A model generated the notes under the pieces. It was not told where the DNA came from and made no database searches. It saw only the letters and a list, made by a program, of their open reading frames with translations. A stretch of 63,833 nt of DNA, counting the filler, from a bacterium (GTDB lineage Bacteria; UBP18; UBA7526): assembly GCA_030615855.1 (NCBI GenBank). It is 5 parts of 5 records of this genome, joined end to end, with 100 filler letters (N's around TTAATTAATTAA, not from the genome) between each part and the next. Parts side by side here need not be neighbours in the genome. Positions count along the whole stretch, not along the records: positions 1 to 26,106 come from JAUWYL010000019.1; 4 more parts are not named here. One strand, given 5' to 3'. Within the stretch, counting starts at the first letter, position 1. Each line of letters starts with the position of its first letter. A program made the translations under genes and the position numbers. Below, piece after piece: positions 1 through 9,416 of this stretch.

Positions 1-36
1 CATCTCTTCATCCCGTTTTTTCTAACATAGGTCGCT

Positions 37-621
37 TCACAAATAAAGAGGAAAGACAATATCACTTACACAACAAGGAATCCAGACGGCAAGGAATAAG
101 AATAAGAAAGTAATAACAACCGAGATCCAATTTATTACCCCGCTCAAAGCCATCATAATGTGAAATAATGATGCCCAGGTGCTCAGTAAAACATGGCCTG
201 CATGGGGAAATTTGGTAGTCGGCTTGAGATAGGCAAGGGCAATACCAATAATTGCTAAAGGATTTACCAGCCACCATTTCTCAATAAAACCAATATGGAT
301 TTCCTTATTAGGAAGACGGAGCAAGGTCTCTCCTAAATAAGGAATTAGGGAATCGCTTAAGGTGGCGATACCGATTGAGCCAACATAACCAATGATAAGT
401 AAAATCCAGATTCTAACTTTACCCTTCCGATAGAGCTTATACATAGATGCCGTGACCAGGGCGCTTAAAACGACATGGATGGGATGTAAGGTATAGAAAA
501 TATTATAGGAAACCCTGGAAGGGAGACGGTAAAAAAGGAACATAATGATAATTCCGGTAACGGCACCGAAAGCAGTGAATGGGGCATGTCTCTTTAATTC
601 TTTGACTATGTGCTTAGACAT
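37..621 (-). CDS. Conserved hypothetical multi-pass membrane protein with His-containing helices
   Basis: 194 aa, about 6 hydrophobic segments, motifs HAPFT, LHPIH, PHAGH, CCVSD; last gene of minus-strand run. Confidence 0.7.
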   Translation of the reverse strand: MSKHIVKELKRHAPFTAFGAVTGIIIMFLFYRLPSRVSYNIFYTLHPIHVVLSALVTASMYKLYRKGKVRIWILLIIGYVGSIGIATLSDSLIPYLGETLLRLPNKEIHIGFIEKWWLVNPLAIIGIALAYLKPTTKFPHAGHVLLSTWASLFHIMMALSGVINWISVVITFLFLFLAVWIPCCVSDIVFPLYL

Positions 622-623
622 CT

Positions 624-1280
624 TTAATCTCTTCTGCCGAATACCAAGGTTCCTATCCTTACCATATTAGCCCCTTCCTCAATAGCAATCTTATAAGAAT
701 TGGTCATGCCCATAGAGAGGTATTTCATCTCAACACCTGGCAGATTAAGCGATTTAATCTTCTCAAATATCTTTCTGGTTTTTATAAAATAGGGTCGGGA
801 ATCCTCGGGATTCCCAAAACGAGGACCCATGGTCATAAGACCCATTATCTTTATATTGGAAAGAGCAGAGATCTCTCTTATTAACTCTAAAGCATCCTCA
901 GGGAAAATACCCGCTTTCTGCTCTTCCCTACCACTATTTATTTCAATCAATACCGGCATTATCTTACCGATTGCCCTACACCTCTTATCGATTTCTCTTG
1001 CTATCCTTACAGAGTCAACGGTTTCTATCATATCAAATATCTCTACGGCTTTCTTGGCCTTATTCCTCTGTAGTGGTCCGATGAGATGCCACTTTGCCCT
1101 TCTTCCAATTACCCTGAATGCCCTCTCTGCCTCCTGGACATAGTTCTCTCCAATAATCTTCACCCCGACATCTACGGCCTCTTGAATCTCTTCTGCTGTC
1201 CTGGTCTTTGCGGCTCCTACCAATGTCACACCTTCTGGCAATTCACTCAATATCTTCTCTACATTCTCTTTAATTGTCAT
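624..1280 (-). CDS. yggS: YggS/PLPBP pyridoxal-phosphate homeostasis protein
   Basis: GENYVQE, WHLIGPLQRNK, LSMGMT, VRIGT motifs; start trimmed to ATG at 1280. Confidence 0.93.
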   Translation of the reverse strand: MTIKENVEKILSELPEGVTLVGAAKTRTAEEIQEAVDVGVKIIGENYVQEAERAFRVIGRRAKWHLIGPLQRNKAKKAVEIFDMIETVDSVRIAREIDKRCRAIGKIMPVLIEINSGREEQKAGIFPEDALELIREISALSNIKIMGLMTMGPRFGNPEDSRPYFIKTRKIFEKIKSLNLPGVEMKYLSMGMTNSYKIAIEEGANMVRIGTLVFGRRD

Positions 1281-2118
1281 GAAAAACCCTCTTAAATAGT
1301 TCTTTGAATTTTGCTTTGTATTCTGGTCTTTCTTCAATAATTGGAGTACCTTTTGAATAAGCAAAAGCAATCTCTTTACTATAAGGAATCTTAAGGAGGA
1401 CGAGGATTTTGTTCTCCCGACAGAATTCTTCTACTCTTTCATCTCCAATACCATCCCGGTTGATAATCACTCCAAAGGGAATTTTTAGTTTCTTAACTAC
1501 TTCTACTGCCATCTTCAGATCGTGCAATCCAAAGGGGGTAGGTTCGGTTACCAAAAGACAGAAGTTGCTTCCCCGGATGGACTCCACCATAGGGCAGGAA
1601 GTTCCTGGAGAGATATCGATAATAACTATTTTGTCCTTCTTTATCTCTCTTTTCAAGCTGCGAATAATAGGTACTGCCTGGGCCTCTCCTACATTGAGCC
1701 TTCCCTGAATAAAATCTATCTCCCCCGCCTTACCTTTCTCCACTACACCAATAGGTCTTTCTATTTCTCTGATTGCCTTCTGGGGACATAAAAGACTGCA
1801 CCCCCCACAACCCTTGCATAATTCAGGAAAAATAAGAACCTTTTCTTTAACCAAAGCTAAGGCATTGAACTGGCAGACCTTAACACAGATTCCACAGGCG
1901 TTACACTTCTCTTGATCGACCTGAGGAACGGGAATATTAACTGACTGGCTTTCTGTTAAGGTGGGTTTTAAGAATATATGAGCATCCGGCTCTTCCACAT
2001 CGCAGTCTAAGAATTGTACCCCATTTTTAATGCTTAAAGCCAGATTAGTAGCCACGAAGGTCTTTCCCGTTCCTCCCTTGCCACTAGCTACAGAAATAAT
2101 CATCTGAGAGTTATTCAT
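1270..2118 (-). CDS. MinD-superfamily P-loop ATPase with inserted 2x[4Fe-4S] ferredoxin (COG1149-like)
   Basis: SGKGGTGKT Walker A, DCDVEEP, CxxCxxCxxxC twice, PGTSCP, EPTPFG; start uncertain (2118 or 2103). Confidence 0.9.
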   Translation of the reverse strand: MNNSQMIISVASGKGGTGKTFVATNLALSIKNGVQFLDCDVEEPDAHIFLKPTLTESQSVNIPVPQVDQEKCNACGICVKVCQFNALALVKEKVLIFPELCKGCGGCSLLCPQKAIREIERPIGVVEKGKAGEIDFIQGRLNVGEAQAVPIIRSLKREIKKDKIVIIDISPGTSCPMVESIRGSNFCLLVTEPTPFGLHDLKMAVEVVKKLKIPFGVIINRDGIGDERVEEFCRENKILVLLKIPYSKEIAFAYSKGTPIIEERPEYKAKFKELFKRVFHDN

Positions 2119-3106
2119 TGAACTTCTCTTCAAAATAATTCCTGAAGAAATCCACGATTTTTTTATTTCTTATTAGAATGTCACTATTGTGCCAGAGTTC
2201 CAGGCCCCCATAAGACCAGTTTGTAGAACCTAAGAATACGCTATCGTCAATAATAACTACCTTGGCATGAGTGATAATATCTTCATTATCAAGCCTTGCT
2301 TCAATACCATTTTCTTTAAAATATTCTATTGTCTTACCATTCATCCTATTCAACCATTCATTGAAGTCACTTTTTTCCAGGATTACTTTTACTTTTACCC
2401 CTCTTTTTCTTGCTTTTATCATCTCATCGGCTAAGATATCGGCTCTGGTATCTTTTGAACTACTTAGTTGAAATCCATAAACCATGACCAATGTTCTTTT
2501 ATTCGCTTTCTTCATCATTGCCCGAACAATATCGAAGTATTCTCTGTCAATAATAGGGATTATCTCCCCTCTGAAACTTTTAAAAGGGGAAATATCTTTT
2601 GAAGAATCTTTCCATAGATAATCGAAATATTCTTGGAAATATTCGGCCATTTTTCTATCTTCTATCATTACATTTGCCTCATTGGCATAACCTAACGACA
2701 TTTCTGTCCAGTTTGTCGAACCAATTAAAACAATTTTTTCATCAGAGATAATTATTTTGTTGTGGGTTGTCTTTTTTGGGGAATCAAACCTCGCCTCAAT
2801 ATTCTTCTTTTTCTCTAGGGATTTTATAGTCAGTCGATTGGCTGCTAAGCGGTCATCGAGCAGTATCCTTATCTTTACTCCTCTTTGAGCCGCTTCCCTC
2901 ACCTCTTTTATTAAAGTATCTACCTTTCTCCCTTTCTTCGCCACGAACATAGCAATAGAGATGGATTCTTTAGATTCCCTTATTAGCCTCTGGGCATAAG
3001 GAAGATATTCCCTATCAATAACTGGAATGGTTTTGGATGATACTTCAGCCAAACCAGAAAACAAAAGAAGAGTAACTAAAAGGAAAATTCTACAATGTTT
3101 CGTCAT
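2111..3106 (-). CDS. Secreted phospholipase D-superfamily protein with two HKD domains
   Basis: Signal-peptide-like N-terminus; HNKIIISD..GSTNW and HAKVVIID..GSTNW. Confidence 0.88.
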   Translation of the reverse strand: MTKHCRIFLLVTLLLFSGLAEVSSKTIPVIDREYLPYAQRLIRESKESISIAMFVAKKGRKVDTLIKEVREAAQRGVKIRILLDDRLAANRLTIKSLEKKKNIEARFDSPKKTTHNKIIISDEKIVLIGSTNWTEMSLGYANEANVMIEDRKMAEYFQEYFDYLWKDSSKDISPFKSFRGEIIPIIDREYFDIVRAMMKKANKRTLVMVYGFQLSSSKDTRADILADEMIKARKRGVKVKVILEKSDFNEWLNRMNGKTIEYFKENGIEARLDNEDIITHAKVVIIDDSVFLGSTNWSYGGLELWHNSDILIRNKKIVDFFRNYFEEKFNE

Positions 3107-3160
3107 TTCATCCTTTAGCCCTTTAGGTTCTCATCATCTTTGTCCCACATTTTCTCTATA

Positions 3161-3334
3161 TCAAGGACGGCCGCCTCGCATTCTTCCTTTTCCTCTACCA
3201 CCACGACGACCTCTACCAGCACCACCGCGTGGTGTTCCGATACCAGCACCCATGGGTCTACCGGCTCTTCTTCCCAGTCCTCTTCCTGTTCCTGGGCCTT
3301 GACCTTCCGGTCCCGTTCCGTTTCCAAGTGGCAT
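3161..3334 (-). CDS. Small DUF5320-like Gly/Arg-rich protein
   Basis: MPLGNGTGPEGQGPGTGRG N-terminus shared with paralogues at 6828 and 7264; GGAGGTG RBS upstream. Confidence 0.75.
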   Translation of the reverse strand: MPLGNGTGPEGQGPGTGRGLGRRAGRPMGAGIGTPRGGAGRGRRGGRGKGRMRGGRP

Positions 3335-3354
3335 TTCAATCACCTCCTTTTTAA

Positions 3355-3400
3355 ACACAGATTATCACAGATTTATTACAGATTAGCACAGAGCATAGAT
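3355..3400. repeat. CACAGAT-type periodic intergenic repeat (about 10-bp period)
   Basis: acacagattatcacagatttattacagattagcacaga; related copies at 7678, 15351, 37282 and inverted at about 56170. Confidence 0.8.
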
Positions 3401-3408
3401 ACTCGATC

Positions 3409-3897
3409 TTAATTTTTATTCGTTATTTCTTTTATGATTTGGATGTGGCTGGAAAAGGGGATATGGGGTAATTTCTTTATAGGAAAGAACCTTGCTTCCT
3501 GGGCATCATCCCCGGCTGCAAGTTCCTTCTTCTTCACCTCTACTTCATAGGCTACAACCAGTATATTCTTATACATTTTACTTCTTTGTCTATAAACCCC
3601 AATTAATCCTGAGATTCTTCCCTCTAAATTTGTCTCCTCTTTTAATTCTCGCAGACAGGCTTCCTGAGATGTTTCCTCAATCTCGATGAAACCAGAAGGA
3701 AGGGTCCATCTCCCTTTATGGGGCTCAATGCCTCTCTTAATCAGAAGAATTTTTTTATCATCTTTGACAACTGCTACCACTGCCGGAAAAGGATTTTCAT
3801 AATTTATCCAACCACATCTTATGCAAACCAATCGTTTCCGTTTATTAATATTAATCTTTCTTAAAGGATATCTGCACTGGGGGCAGTACTTAATCAT
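3409..3897 (-). CDS. NUDIX hydrolase with N-terminal zinc ribbon
   Basis: CPQC..CIRC; Nudix box GFIEIEETSQEACLRELKEETNL. Confidence 0.92.
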   Translation of the reverse strand: MIKYCPQCRYPLRKININKRKRLVCIRCGWINYENPFPAVVAVVKDDKKILLIKRGIEPHKGRWTLPSGFIEIEETSQEACLRELKEETNLEGRISGLIGVYRQRSKMYKNILVVAYEVEVKKKELAAGDDAQEARFFPIKKLPHIPFSSHIQIIKEITNKN

Positions 3898-4385
3898 CTC
3901 TTTTTCTCTATCTTTCTCAGCTGCTTTCTGATAGACTTTAATTTCTTACGCGAGATATGGTCGATAATTAATATCCCGTTTAGATGATCAATCTCGTGTT
4001 GTAGGGCACGAGCAAAAAGGCCTGCGGCGCCAATCTGTTGTGTCTCTCCATTCTTATCTATTCCCTCTACAATGACCTCCTGGGAACGCTTTATCTCCAA
4101 GAAGATTCCTGGCAGGCTCAGACACCCTTCGGGACCTGTTGCCTTTCCCTGGCGCCAGAGAATTTTGGGATTGACCAGAGCAGTCAGCCCCTCTCCCACA
4201 TCAACCACAATGGCCCTCTTCAGAACTCCAACCTGGGGAGCCGCTAAACCTATTCCTTCATCATGATACATGGTATCTGCCATATTATTCAAGAGTTTTT
4301 TGATTTTTCCATCGACTTCTTCTATCTCCTGGCATTTCTTTCTTAAGGCCGGATTGCCATATAGTCTAACCTTCAAAACTCCCAT
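3894..4385 (-). CDS. def: Peptide deformylase
   Basis: GIGLAAPQ, EGCLS, QHEIDHLNG motifs. Confidence 0.97.
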   Translation of the reverse strand: MGVLKVRLYGNPALRKKCQEIEEVDGKIKKLLNNMADTMYHDEGIGLAAPQVGVLKRAIVVDVGEGLTALVNPKILWRQGKATGPEGCLSLPGIFLEIKRSQEVIVEGIDKNGETQQIGAAGLFARALQHEIDHLNGILIIDHISRKKLKSIRKQLRKIEKKR

Positions 4386-4407
4386 TCTTAAAACCTCCTG
4401 GAATCTC

Positions 4408-5118
4408 TTAATCTATTCTCGTCTCTAATCCGGCGCCTACCCTGATAAAATTCTCCTTGAACTTTTTCTCAAATAGAGCAATTGCTCTATTCCCGGTACA
4501 GTGACAGGGACCAGCCTTTTCCACCCCTAATCTTTTGAACTCTGAAATTACTCTATTCGCCCTCAGAGAAAATTCCAGATGGAAACCGCCCAGGACTAAA
4601 TAGACTTTTTTCTTTAAACTTTCCTTAATTTCTTTTACCATTCTTGCAATGCCCGGGTGGGCACAGCCAGTAATGATGGCAAGACCTTTATCCGTTTCTA
4701 TAGTTAGGGGGATCTCTTTGGGTCCCAATCCTCCCATCTGGGGACCAACCAGGATTCCCTCCGAGATATTAGCCATTCCACTTACGGGAGAAAACTTTAT
4801 ACCTTTTTCTTTCAAGTTCTGTTTAAAAGTCTCCGGAAAGGTATCTCCAAAATAGACTGCTACCTCTTTATTTCTGTCAATAATTGCTTCCAGACCACCG
4901 GTATGGTCCCAGTGAATGTGGGAGAGAACAACGGTATTAATACTTTCCGGCTCTACTTCTAAAGCCTGTAGATTAAAGAGAAGTCCTTGGCCATCGCCAC
5001 CGGTATCGAAGAGGACTCTCTTTCCTTGATGGTCAATGAGGCAGGAGAAGCCCCACCCGGTCTTCAATCCTTCTCGATGTAATCGATTATCGTAAACTAT
5101 TCTTAGTAATGTGCTCAC
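4408..5118 (-). CDS. Metallo-beta-lactamase-fold hydrolase (COG1237-like)
   Basis: SHIHWDHTGG, TGCAHPG, GGFHL, PCHCTG. Confidence 0.88.
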   Translation of the reverse strand: MSTLLRIVYDNRLHREGLKTGWGFSCLIDHQGKRVLFDTGGDGQGLLFNLQALEVEPESINTVVLSHIHWDHTGGLEAIIDRNKEVAVYFGDTFPETFKQNLKEKGIKFSPVSGMANISEGILVGPQMGGLGPKEIPLTIETDKGLAIITGCAHPGIARMVKEIKESLKKKVYLVLGGFHLEFSLRANRVISEFKRLGVEKAGPCHCTGNRAIALFEKKFKENFIRVGAGLETRID

Positions 5119-5999
5119 TTTCTCACTTTCTCATCTGCTCCACCTGATGCTTTAAGAACCGCGCCCCCTACCCTTACTCCAATATGGCGGGCGATGACCG
5201 GGCACTTCACTTGTAATAGAAAATAGATTCTATCGTCTTCTTCGTCACTCAATGATTCGTAATTCCCCTGCCCCTTGGCAATAATTATATCTGCTTTACC
5301 ATAAATTTCTAAGAAATTTTTAGAACATGAATTCAGGATAGTGCCTGGAATATCAGAGCCGTTAGAAACGACTCGGGCCACTTCACTCATAGAGACTTCT
5401 TGGGCATCATTCAAGGTAACATCATTAATGATTGGTGCTCCACGCACTACATAGTAAACTTCTTGCCCTTGATCTCTTTTATCAATCTCTTCAATCAAAA
5501 TTTTATCAAAGACAATCTCTCCCGCATTGTCACCCAGATAGAGAATAGTCCTGGCCTTATCCAAAGATTGAACAAATTCTCGGTAATGGTCAATAGTCAA
5601 ATTTGCTTTTAATGTTTTTTCTTGAGTCTTTTCCAGATCAAAATATCCCTTTGCTGCTGAATCCATGATATTTCCGACAATGGCCAATTTTATTGCAGTA
5701 AGTAAAGGCTCCTGAGAATTCTTAATAATTCCTTTAAATTCGGAATATTTTCTTAGAACCAACTGGTTATATTTACTTTTAACTTCCTTATAAGGATCGG
5801 AACAATAGGTTAGCTCCTTCAGTGTCTTATGAATGAAGTGACCAATCTGAGGAGGGGGAGTACGGGGATTCATGCGACAGAGATTGAACATTACCTGATT
5901 AAGAACCATTCTTTGGATGGTTTCATCATCTGTTGCCAAACGAGCTGCTTCCAGGGCTTGCCTTAAGAAACAGGGAAAGCATTCTAAGTAGGTTTTCAT
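5115..5999 (-). CDS. DUF89/ARMT1-like damage-control phosphatase
   Basis: CxxC N-terminus, GNIMD, DNAGEIVFD, KGQGNYE, KC motifs. Confidence 0.9.
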   Translation of the reverse strand: MKTYLECFPCFLRQALEAARLATDDETIQRMVLNQVMFNLCRMNPRTPPPQIGHFIHKTLKELTYCSDPYKEVKSKYNQLVLRKYSEFKGIIKNSQEPLLTAIKLAIVGNIMDSAAKGYFDLEKTQEKTLKANLTIDHYREFVQSLDKARTILYLGDNAGEIVFDKILIEEIDKRDQGQEVYYVVRGAPIINDVTLNDAQEVSMSEVARVVSNGSDIPGTILNSCSKNFLEIYGKADIIIAKGQGNYESLSDEEDDRIYFLLQVKCPVIARHIGVRVGGAVLKASGGADEKVRK

Positions 6000-6052
6000 G
6001 GAAATACCCCAATTAGTTGGTTAGTCAGTTTTCCAGTTGCCAGTTGAGATTT

Positions 6053-6089
6053 TAAAAAGAATGGCTGTGGCCTTTAAAAGCCACAGCCA
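6053..6089 (-). terminator. Probable intrinsic terminator after the nifX-like gene
   Basis: TGGCTGTGGC/GCCACAGCCA stem followed by a T-run on the minus strand. Confidence 0.6.
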
Positions 6090-6113
6090 GCGCAAAAAAT
6101 TTCCTTCATCTTG

Positions 6114-6737
6114 CTATTTCTTCTTCTTTTTTTTCTTCTTGTTCAACTCGGCGATTCTCTTCTGGATCTGGTCCATCTGTTGCTTTAGCATCTGAGCCTG
6201 ATCTTCAAGCATCTGGAGTTCGTCTTCCTTACTTATCTGAGGAGCTTGGGGTGGTTGAGAAGGAAAGCCCATGGGCTGCTGCCATCCCATGCCCATTCCT
6301 CTGCCCATACCCATGCCTCTTCCCATACCCATGCCACGGCCCATTCCCATGCCAAAACCCATTCCAGAGCCCATTCCCATGCCGAACTTAGCCCCCACAC
6401 TGGGACCAGTGGTGGGTTGTAACTTTCCACCCTTATAGGCATTGAGCGCTTCTTGGACAGTGCCGCTCACTCCTACAATGACCTTTACTCCTGCTTGAGA
6501 AAGGACCTGGAAGGCATTGGGACCACAAGCACCAGTCAAAACAACCTCTGCCCCTTCATTAACCACTAACTGGGCGGTCTGGATCCCGGCTCCACCCAAT
6601 GCAGCGACATTTGGATTCTGAATGGCCTTGAACTTCATGGTTTTTGGGTCAACGATGATGAAGTACTGGCACCTTCCAAACCTGGGATCTACCGGGCTGG
6701 ATAAATTCTGTCCGGTAGAACTTACTGCTATCTTCAT
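6114..6737 (-). CDS. NifB/NifX-family (FeMo-cofactor-binding fold) protein with Gly-Met low-complexity linker and DUF5320-like coiled-coil tail
   Basis: MKIAV..RFGRC..GGAG..CGPNA; GMGRGM repeats; EDELQMLEDQAQML tail. Confidence 0.88.
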   Translation of the reverse strand: MKIAVSSTGQNLSSPVDPRFGRCQYFIIVDPKTMKFKAIQNPNVAALGGAGIQTAQLVVNEGAEVVLTGACGPNAFQVLSQAGVKVIVGVSGTVQEALNAYKGGKLQPTTGPSVGAKFGMGMGSGMGFGMGMGRGMGMGRGMGMGRGMGMGWQQPMGFPSQPPQAPQISKEDELQMLEDQAQMLKQQMDQIQKRIAELNKKKKKKKK

Positions 6738-6743
6738 TCTTAT

Positions 6744-6820
6744 ACCTCCTTTGCAACCGCCAAAACGCTAAACTAAACTTAAAGATGCCAAATTTTCGCG
6801 CTTTAGTGGATATTCTGCGC
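6744..6820. repeat. About 75-bp duplicated intergenic element including RBS, copy 1
   Basis: Near-identical to 7180-7254 (ttgcaaccgccaaaacgctaaa...gccaaattttcgcgc...ggatatt). Confidence 0.85.
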
Positions 6821-6827
6821 TTTATTT

Positions 6828-7172
6828 TTACCAACCATAGAACCAGCGGCCACGACCTCTACCCCATCCGCGGCCAAAACCACGACTCCAACCGCAGCCA
6901 AAGCCACGGCCAAAGCCTCGACCAAATCCCCGGCCAAACCATGGTTGTGCCATGCCAGGATAAGGCAATCCCCCATAAGGCATAACCGGCCTATATGGAT
7001 ATCCTGTTCCTGCATAGCCATATGGCGCTGTTGCTCCATAGGGATATCCCATTCCGGCATAGCTATATGGGGCACCTGCTCCCGCACCGTAAGCTGGCAC
7101 GGCACAAAAACCCATGCCACGACCAGTCATCGGCCCCATGCCCATCGGTCCAGTTCCATTTCCAAAAGGCAT
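6828..7172 (-). CDS. DUF5320-like Gly/Tyr/Arg-rich protein
   Basis: MPFGNGTGPMGMGPMTGRGMGFC; GRGF repeats. Confidence 0.8.
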   Translation of the reverse strand: MPFGNGTGPMGMGPMTGRGMGFCAVPAYGAGAGAPYSYAGMGYPYGATAPYGYAGTGYPYRPVMPYGGLPYPGMAQPWFGRGFGRGFGRGFGCGWSRGFGRGWGRGRGRWFYGW

Positions 7173-7179
7173 ATTTCTC

Positions 7180-7254
7180 ACCTCCTTGCAACCGCCAAAA
7201 CGCTAAATTAAACTCAAAGACGCCAAATTTTCGCGCCCTGGCGGATATTTTGCG
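7180..7254. repeat. About 75-bp duplicated intergenic element, copy 2
   Basis: Matches 6744-6820. Confidence 0.85.
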
Positions 7255-7263
7255 GTTTTGCGT

Positions 7264-7659
7264 CTACTTCTTTTCTTTGCTCAGTTCTGCGATTCTTTCG
7301 TTGATAGCCTCCATCTCTTGCTGGAGGGCTTGAGCATTATCCTTCAGCATCTGGAGTTCCTGTTCCGGGGGAACTTGTCCGGTGGGAAAACCAGCTCCAT
7401 ATGGTGCAGCATACCCCATTCCGTAATAGGGGTAGTCATATCCCATCCCTAAATATGGATTGAAATAGGGATAAGCCCCCCATCTTCCGAAGCTTCTACC
7501 ACGACCTCTGCCGAATCCACGGCCAAGGCCAAATCCTCTGCCAAATCCAAAGCCAAATCCTCTGCCAAGGCCAAGTGGTCCTGGTATTTGACCAGACATC
7601 CAGAGTGGCGTGCACCAGCCTCCCGTTCCCCAGGGTCCTGTTCCATCTCCCCATGGCAT
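7264..7659 (-). CDS. DUF5320-like protein with C-terminal coiled coil
   Basis: MPWGDGTGPWG, GRGFG repeats, EQELQMLKDNAQAL..INERIAEL. Confidence 0.82.
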   Translation of the reverse strand: MPWGDGTGPWGTGGWCTPLWMSGQIPGPLGLGRGFGFGFGRGFGLGRGFGRGRGRSFGRWGAYPYFNPYLGMGYDYPYYGMGYAAPYGAGFPTGQVPPEQELQMLKDNAQALQQEMEAINERIAELSKEKK

Positions 7660-7677
7660 CTTAATCACCTCCTTTCA

Positions 7678-7723
7678 ACACAGATATTCACAGATTTATT
7701 ACAGATAGACACAGATCACAGAT
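7678..7723. repeat. CACAGAT-type periodic repeat
   Basis: Five CAGAT units. Confidence 0.75.
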
Positions 7724-7755
7724 GTTGGAAATCGATTCTTCCGGTTAAGTTTTTA

Positions 7756-7860
7756 GGTTAAGGTTAGGTTGTTGGTTTAGTTGTTAGGTTAGGTAGTTGG
7801 TCTTAAACACCTAACCCTTACCAAACTATCAAACTCACTACTTTATCCTAACCCAACTAC
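7756..7860. repeat. About 105-bp GGTTA/TAACC imperfect hairpin repeat, copy 1
   Basis: Nearly identical to 23483-23588; G/T-rich arm followed by C/A-rich arm. Confidence 0.88.
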
Positions 7861-7901
7861 CCACTATCTTAGACTTTAGTAACTTTTATCTCTCCTACTG
7901 A

Positions 7902-8351
7902 TCATCGGCATTTATCGCATAATCCATAAAATTGCAACTGGTGGGTGTTAATCTTGAAATTATACTTCTTTGATAGCGTTTTTCCAATCATACTTAAGAA
8001 TTCCACTTCATCATCTATGAAGTCAGTATAATCGATTATCCTTCCGCAGCTGATACAGATTAAATGGTGATGGTGTTCACTTCCCGGTCCAGCGGTTAAC
8101 TCATATCTGTTCCTGCCGTCTCCAAAGTCAAACTTAGAGATCAACCCCATCTGGGCTAAGAGATCCAGGGTTCTATAGACGGTAGTGAGGCCAATGGCAG
8201 GATATATCCTGCGCACCGCCATATAGACCTCTTCTGCACTCAGATGTCTCGATGTTCGACTTAATACATCCAGGATAATCTGTCTCGGCAGAGTCAACCT
8301 ATATCCATATCCTTTAAATCTTCTCTGCCACCAAGGAGGCCCACCAGGCAT
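7902..8351 (-). CDS. Fur-family transcriptional regulator
   Basis: RLTLPR, HLSAEE, TVYRTL, HHHHLICISC, CDKC; start trimmed to ATG after GGAGG. Confidence 0.95.
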   Translation of the reverse strand: MPGGPPWWQRRFKGYGYRLTLPRQIILDVLSRTSRHLSAEEVYMAVRRIYPAIGLTTVYRTLDLLAQMGLISKFDFGDGRNRYELTAGPGSEHHHHLICISCGRIIDYTDFIDDEVEFLSMIGKTLSKKYNFKINTHQLQFYGLCDKCR

Positions 8352-8371
8352 AAATCCCTCCAATAGTTATT

Positions 8372-8390
8372 GAAAATGGTTTCCATTATC
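8372..8390 (-). promoter_or_regulatory. Fur box
   Basis: GATAATGGAAACCATTTTC, 15/19 match to GATAATGATAATCATTATC, directly after the -10 box. Confidence 0.8.
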
Positions 8391-8419
8391 ATTATATTAC
8401 GCAAAAATCCATTTGTCAA
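8391..8419 (-). promoter_or_regulatory. Sigma70-type promoter of the fur/DUF5320 operon
   Basis: TTGACA-17 bp-TATAAT, perfect consensus. Confidence 0.85.
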
Positions 8420-8529
8420 GTCTTTTTTTGTACCGCGGATTTCTTTGGATTGCAGACTGTGTAGGCATAAACATCGCAGATTATTGCGGATGAATTCCTT
8501 GACACAGATTAACGCGGATTTGTGCAGAT

Positions 8530-8565
8530 AAAAAGAAAGGCCCCGATTCATTACGAATCGGGGCC
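8530..8565 (-). terminator. Intrinsic terminator
   Basis: GGCCCCGATTC/GAATCGGGGCC 11-bp stem followed by TTTCTTTTT on the minus strand. Confidence 0.75.
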
Positions 8566-8580
8566 CTCCAAAGACGCTAA

Positions 8581-9330
8581 CTAAAACTCGTAGGTGAGAC
8601 CAAAGGTGACCGTGCTATCCGGACTGGCCGAAGTCAGGCCTACCCCATAACCAGCATCCAGGATGATGCCATTTGGTAGCTCGTAGTTGAAACCGGCCAG
8701 GGCAGAACAGGGATTTCTAGAGACTGTAGGATCGACCTGTCTCTCACCAGTAACCTCGGCTACCAGATTGAACTTGTCTGTCAGGGCATATTCCCCGGCT
8801 GCTCCATAGGTGAGGCGCTCATCCCTGGAGCCGGTCTTTGCTCCCGTAAGGAAGATATAGCCAAAGTTCAGATGGGTGGTGAAGCGATCAGATCCCTTGG
8901 TCAGGATTCCGGTGATGGTGTGTTCTACATTTCCGGTGCCCCGCCCATCAGCCACCGAACCAGTATCCCATTTTTGGGTCCACTTTAAAGCTAATGAGGG
9001 CCTCTTCCTCTTCTCATCCAAGAAGCGGTACTTAATCTTGGTGGTCATATCCCCAAACCCATCCTCGGCAACCTCAGGAGATTCATAGGGTATCTCTAGG
9101 CCGATATCGATCCTCTTGGTTATCCCGGTGGTAAGGGCCATGGTGGTTGTCCAGTCCTTGGTATGGGTGCTGTGGGTGTGGGAATACTCCTCACCCAGTT
9201 CCACCTGGAGATGGCCGGGTTCTACGGTTCCCGTATCGTCTGTGGCCAAGGGTCTTCCAGCAAAAGCAATGGATGTTCCTCCTAAGATCAAGATGCTTGC
9301 CAAACTAACTACTATCCAGACTTTCTTCAT
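8581..9330 (-). CDS. Outer-membrane beta-barrel transporter-family protein
   Basis: Signal peptide, RPLATDDTGT N-motif, GFGD, alternating beta pattern, C-terminal YEF. Confidence 0.8.
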   Translation of the reverse strand: MKKVWIVVSLASILILGGTSIAFAGRPLATDDTGTVEPGHLQVELGEEYSHTHSTHTKDWTTTMALTTGITKRIDIGLEIPYESPEVAEDGFGDMTTKIKYRFLDEKRKRPSLALKWTQKWDTGSVADGRGTGNVEHTITGILTKGSDRFTTHLNFGYIFLTGAKTGSRDERLTYGAAGEYALTDKFNLVAEVTGERQVDPTVSRNPCSALAGFNYELPNGIILDAGYGVGLTSASPDSTVTFGLTYEF

Positions 9331-9353
9331 TCATTTCACCTCCTCTCTTTTTA

Positions 9354-9376
9354 TTGCAATTGCATCTCATTCTCAA
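9354..9376 (-). promoter_or_regulatory. Putative Fur-family operator (type 2), copy 1
   Basis: TTGCAATTGCATCTCATTCTCAA; related to 11480 and 11986. Confidence 0.65.
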
Positions 9377-9416
9377 CTATATCTTAAAAAAATTTGCTCC
9401 TATTTATTTCTTTTAA

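Noticed and set aside
3115-7646. Alternate-frame ORFs over the DUF5320-like genes (3115-3339, 6803-7120, 7449-7646)
   Set aside because: The Gly-rich frames carry the shared N-terminal motif and RBS; the alternates reflect low-complexity codons.
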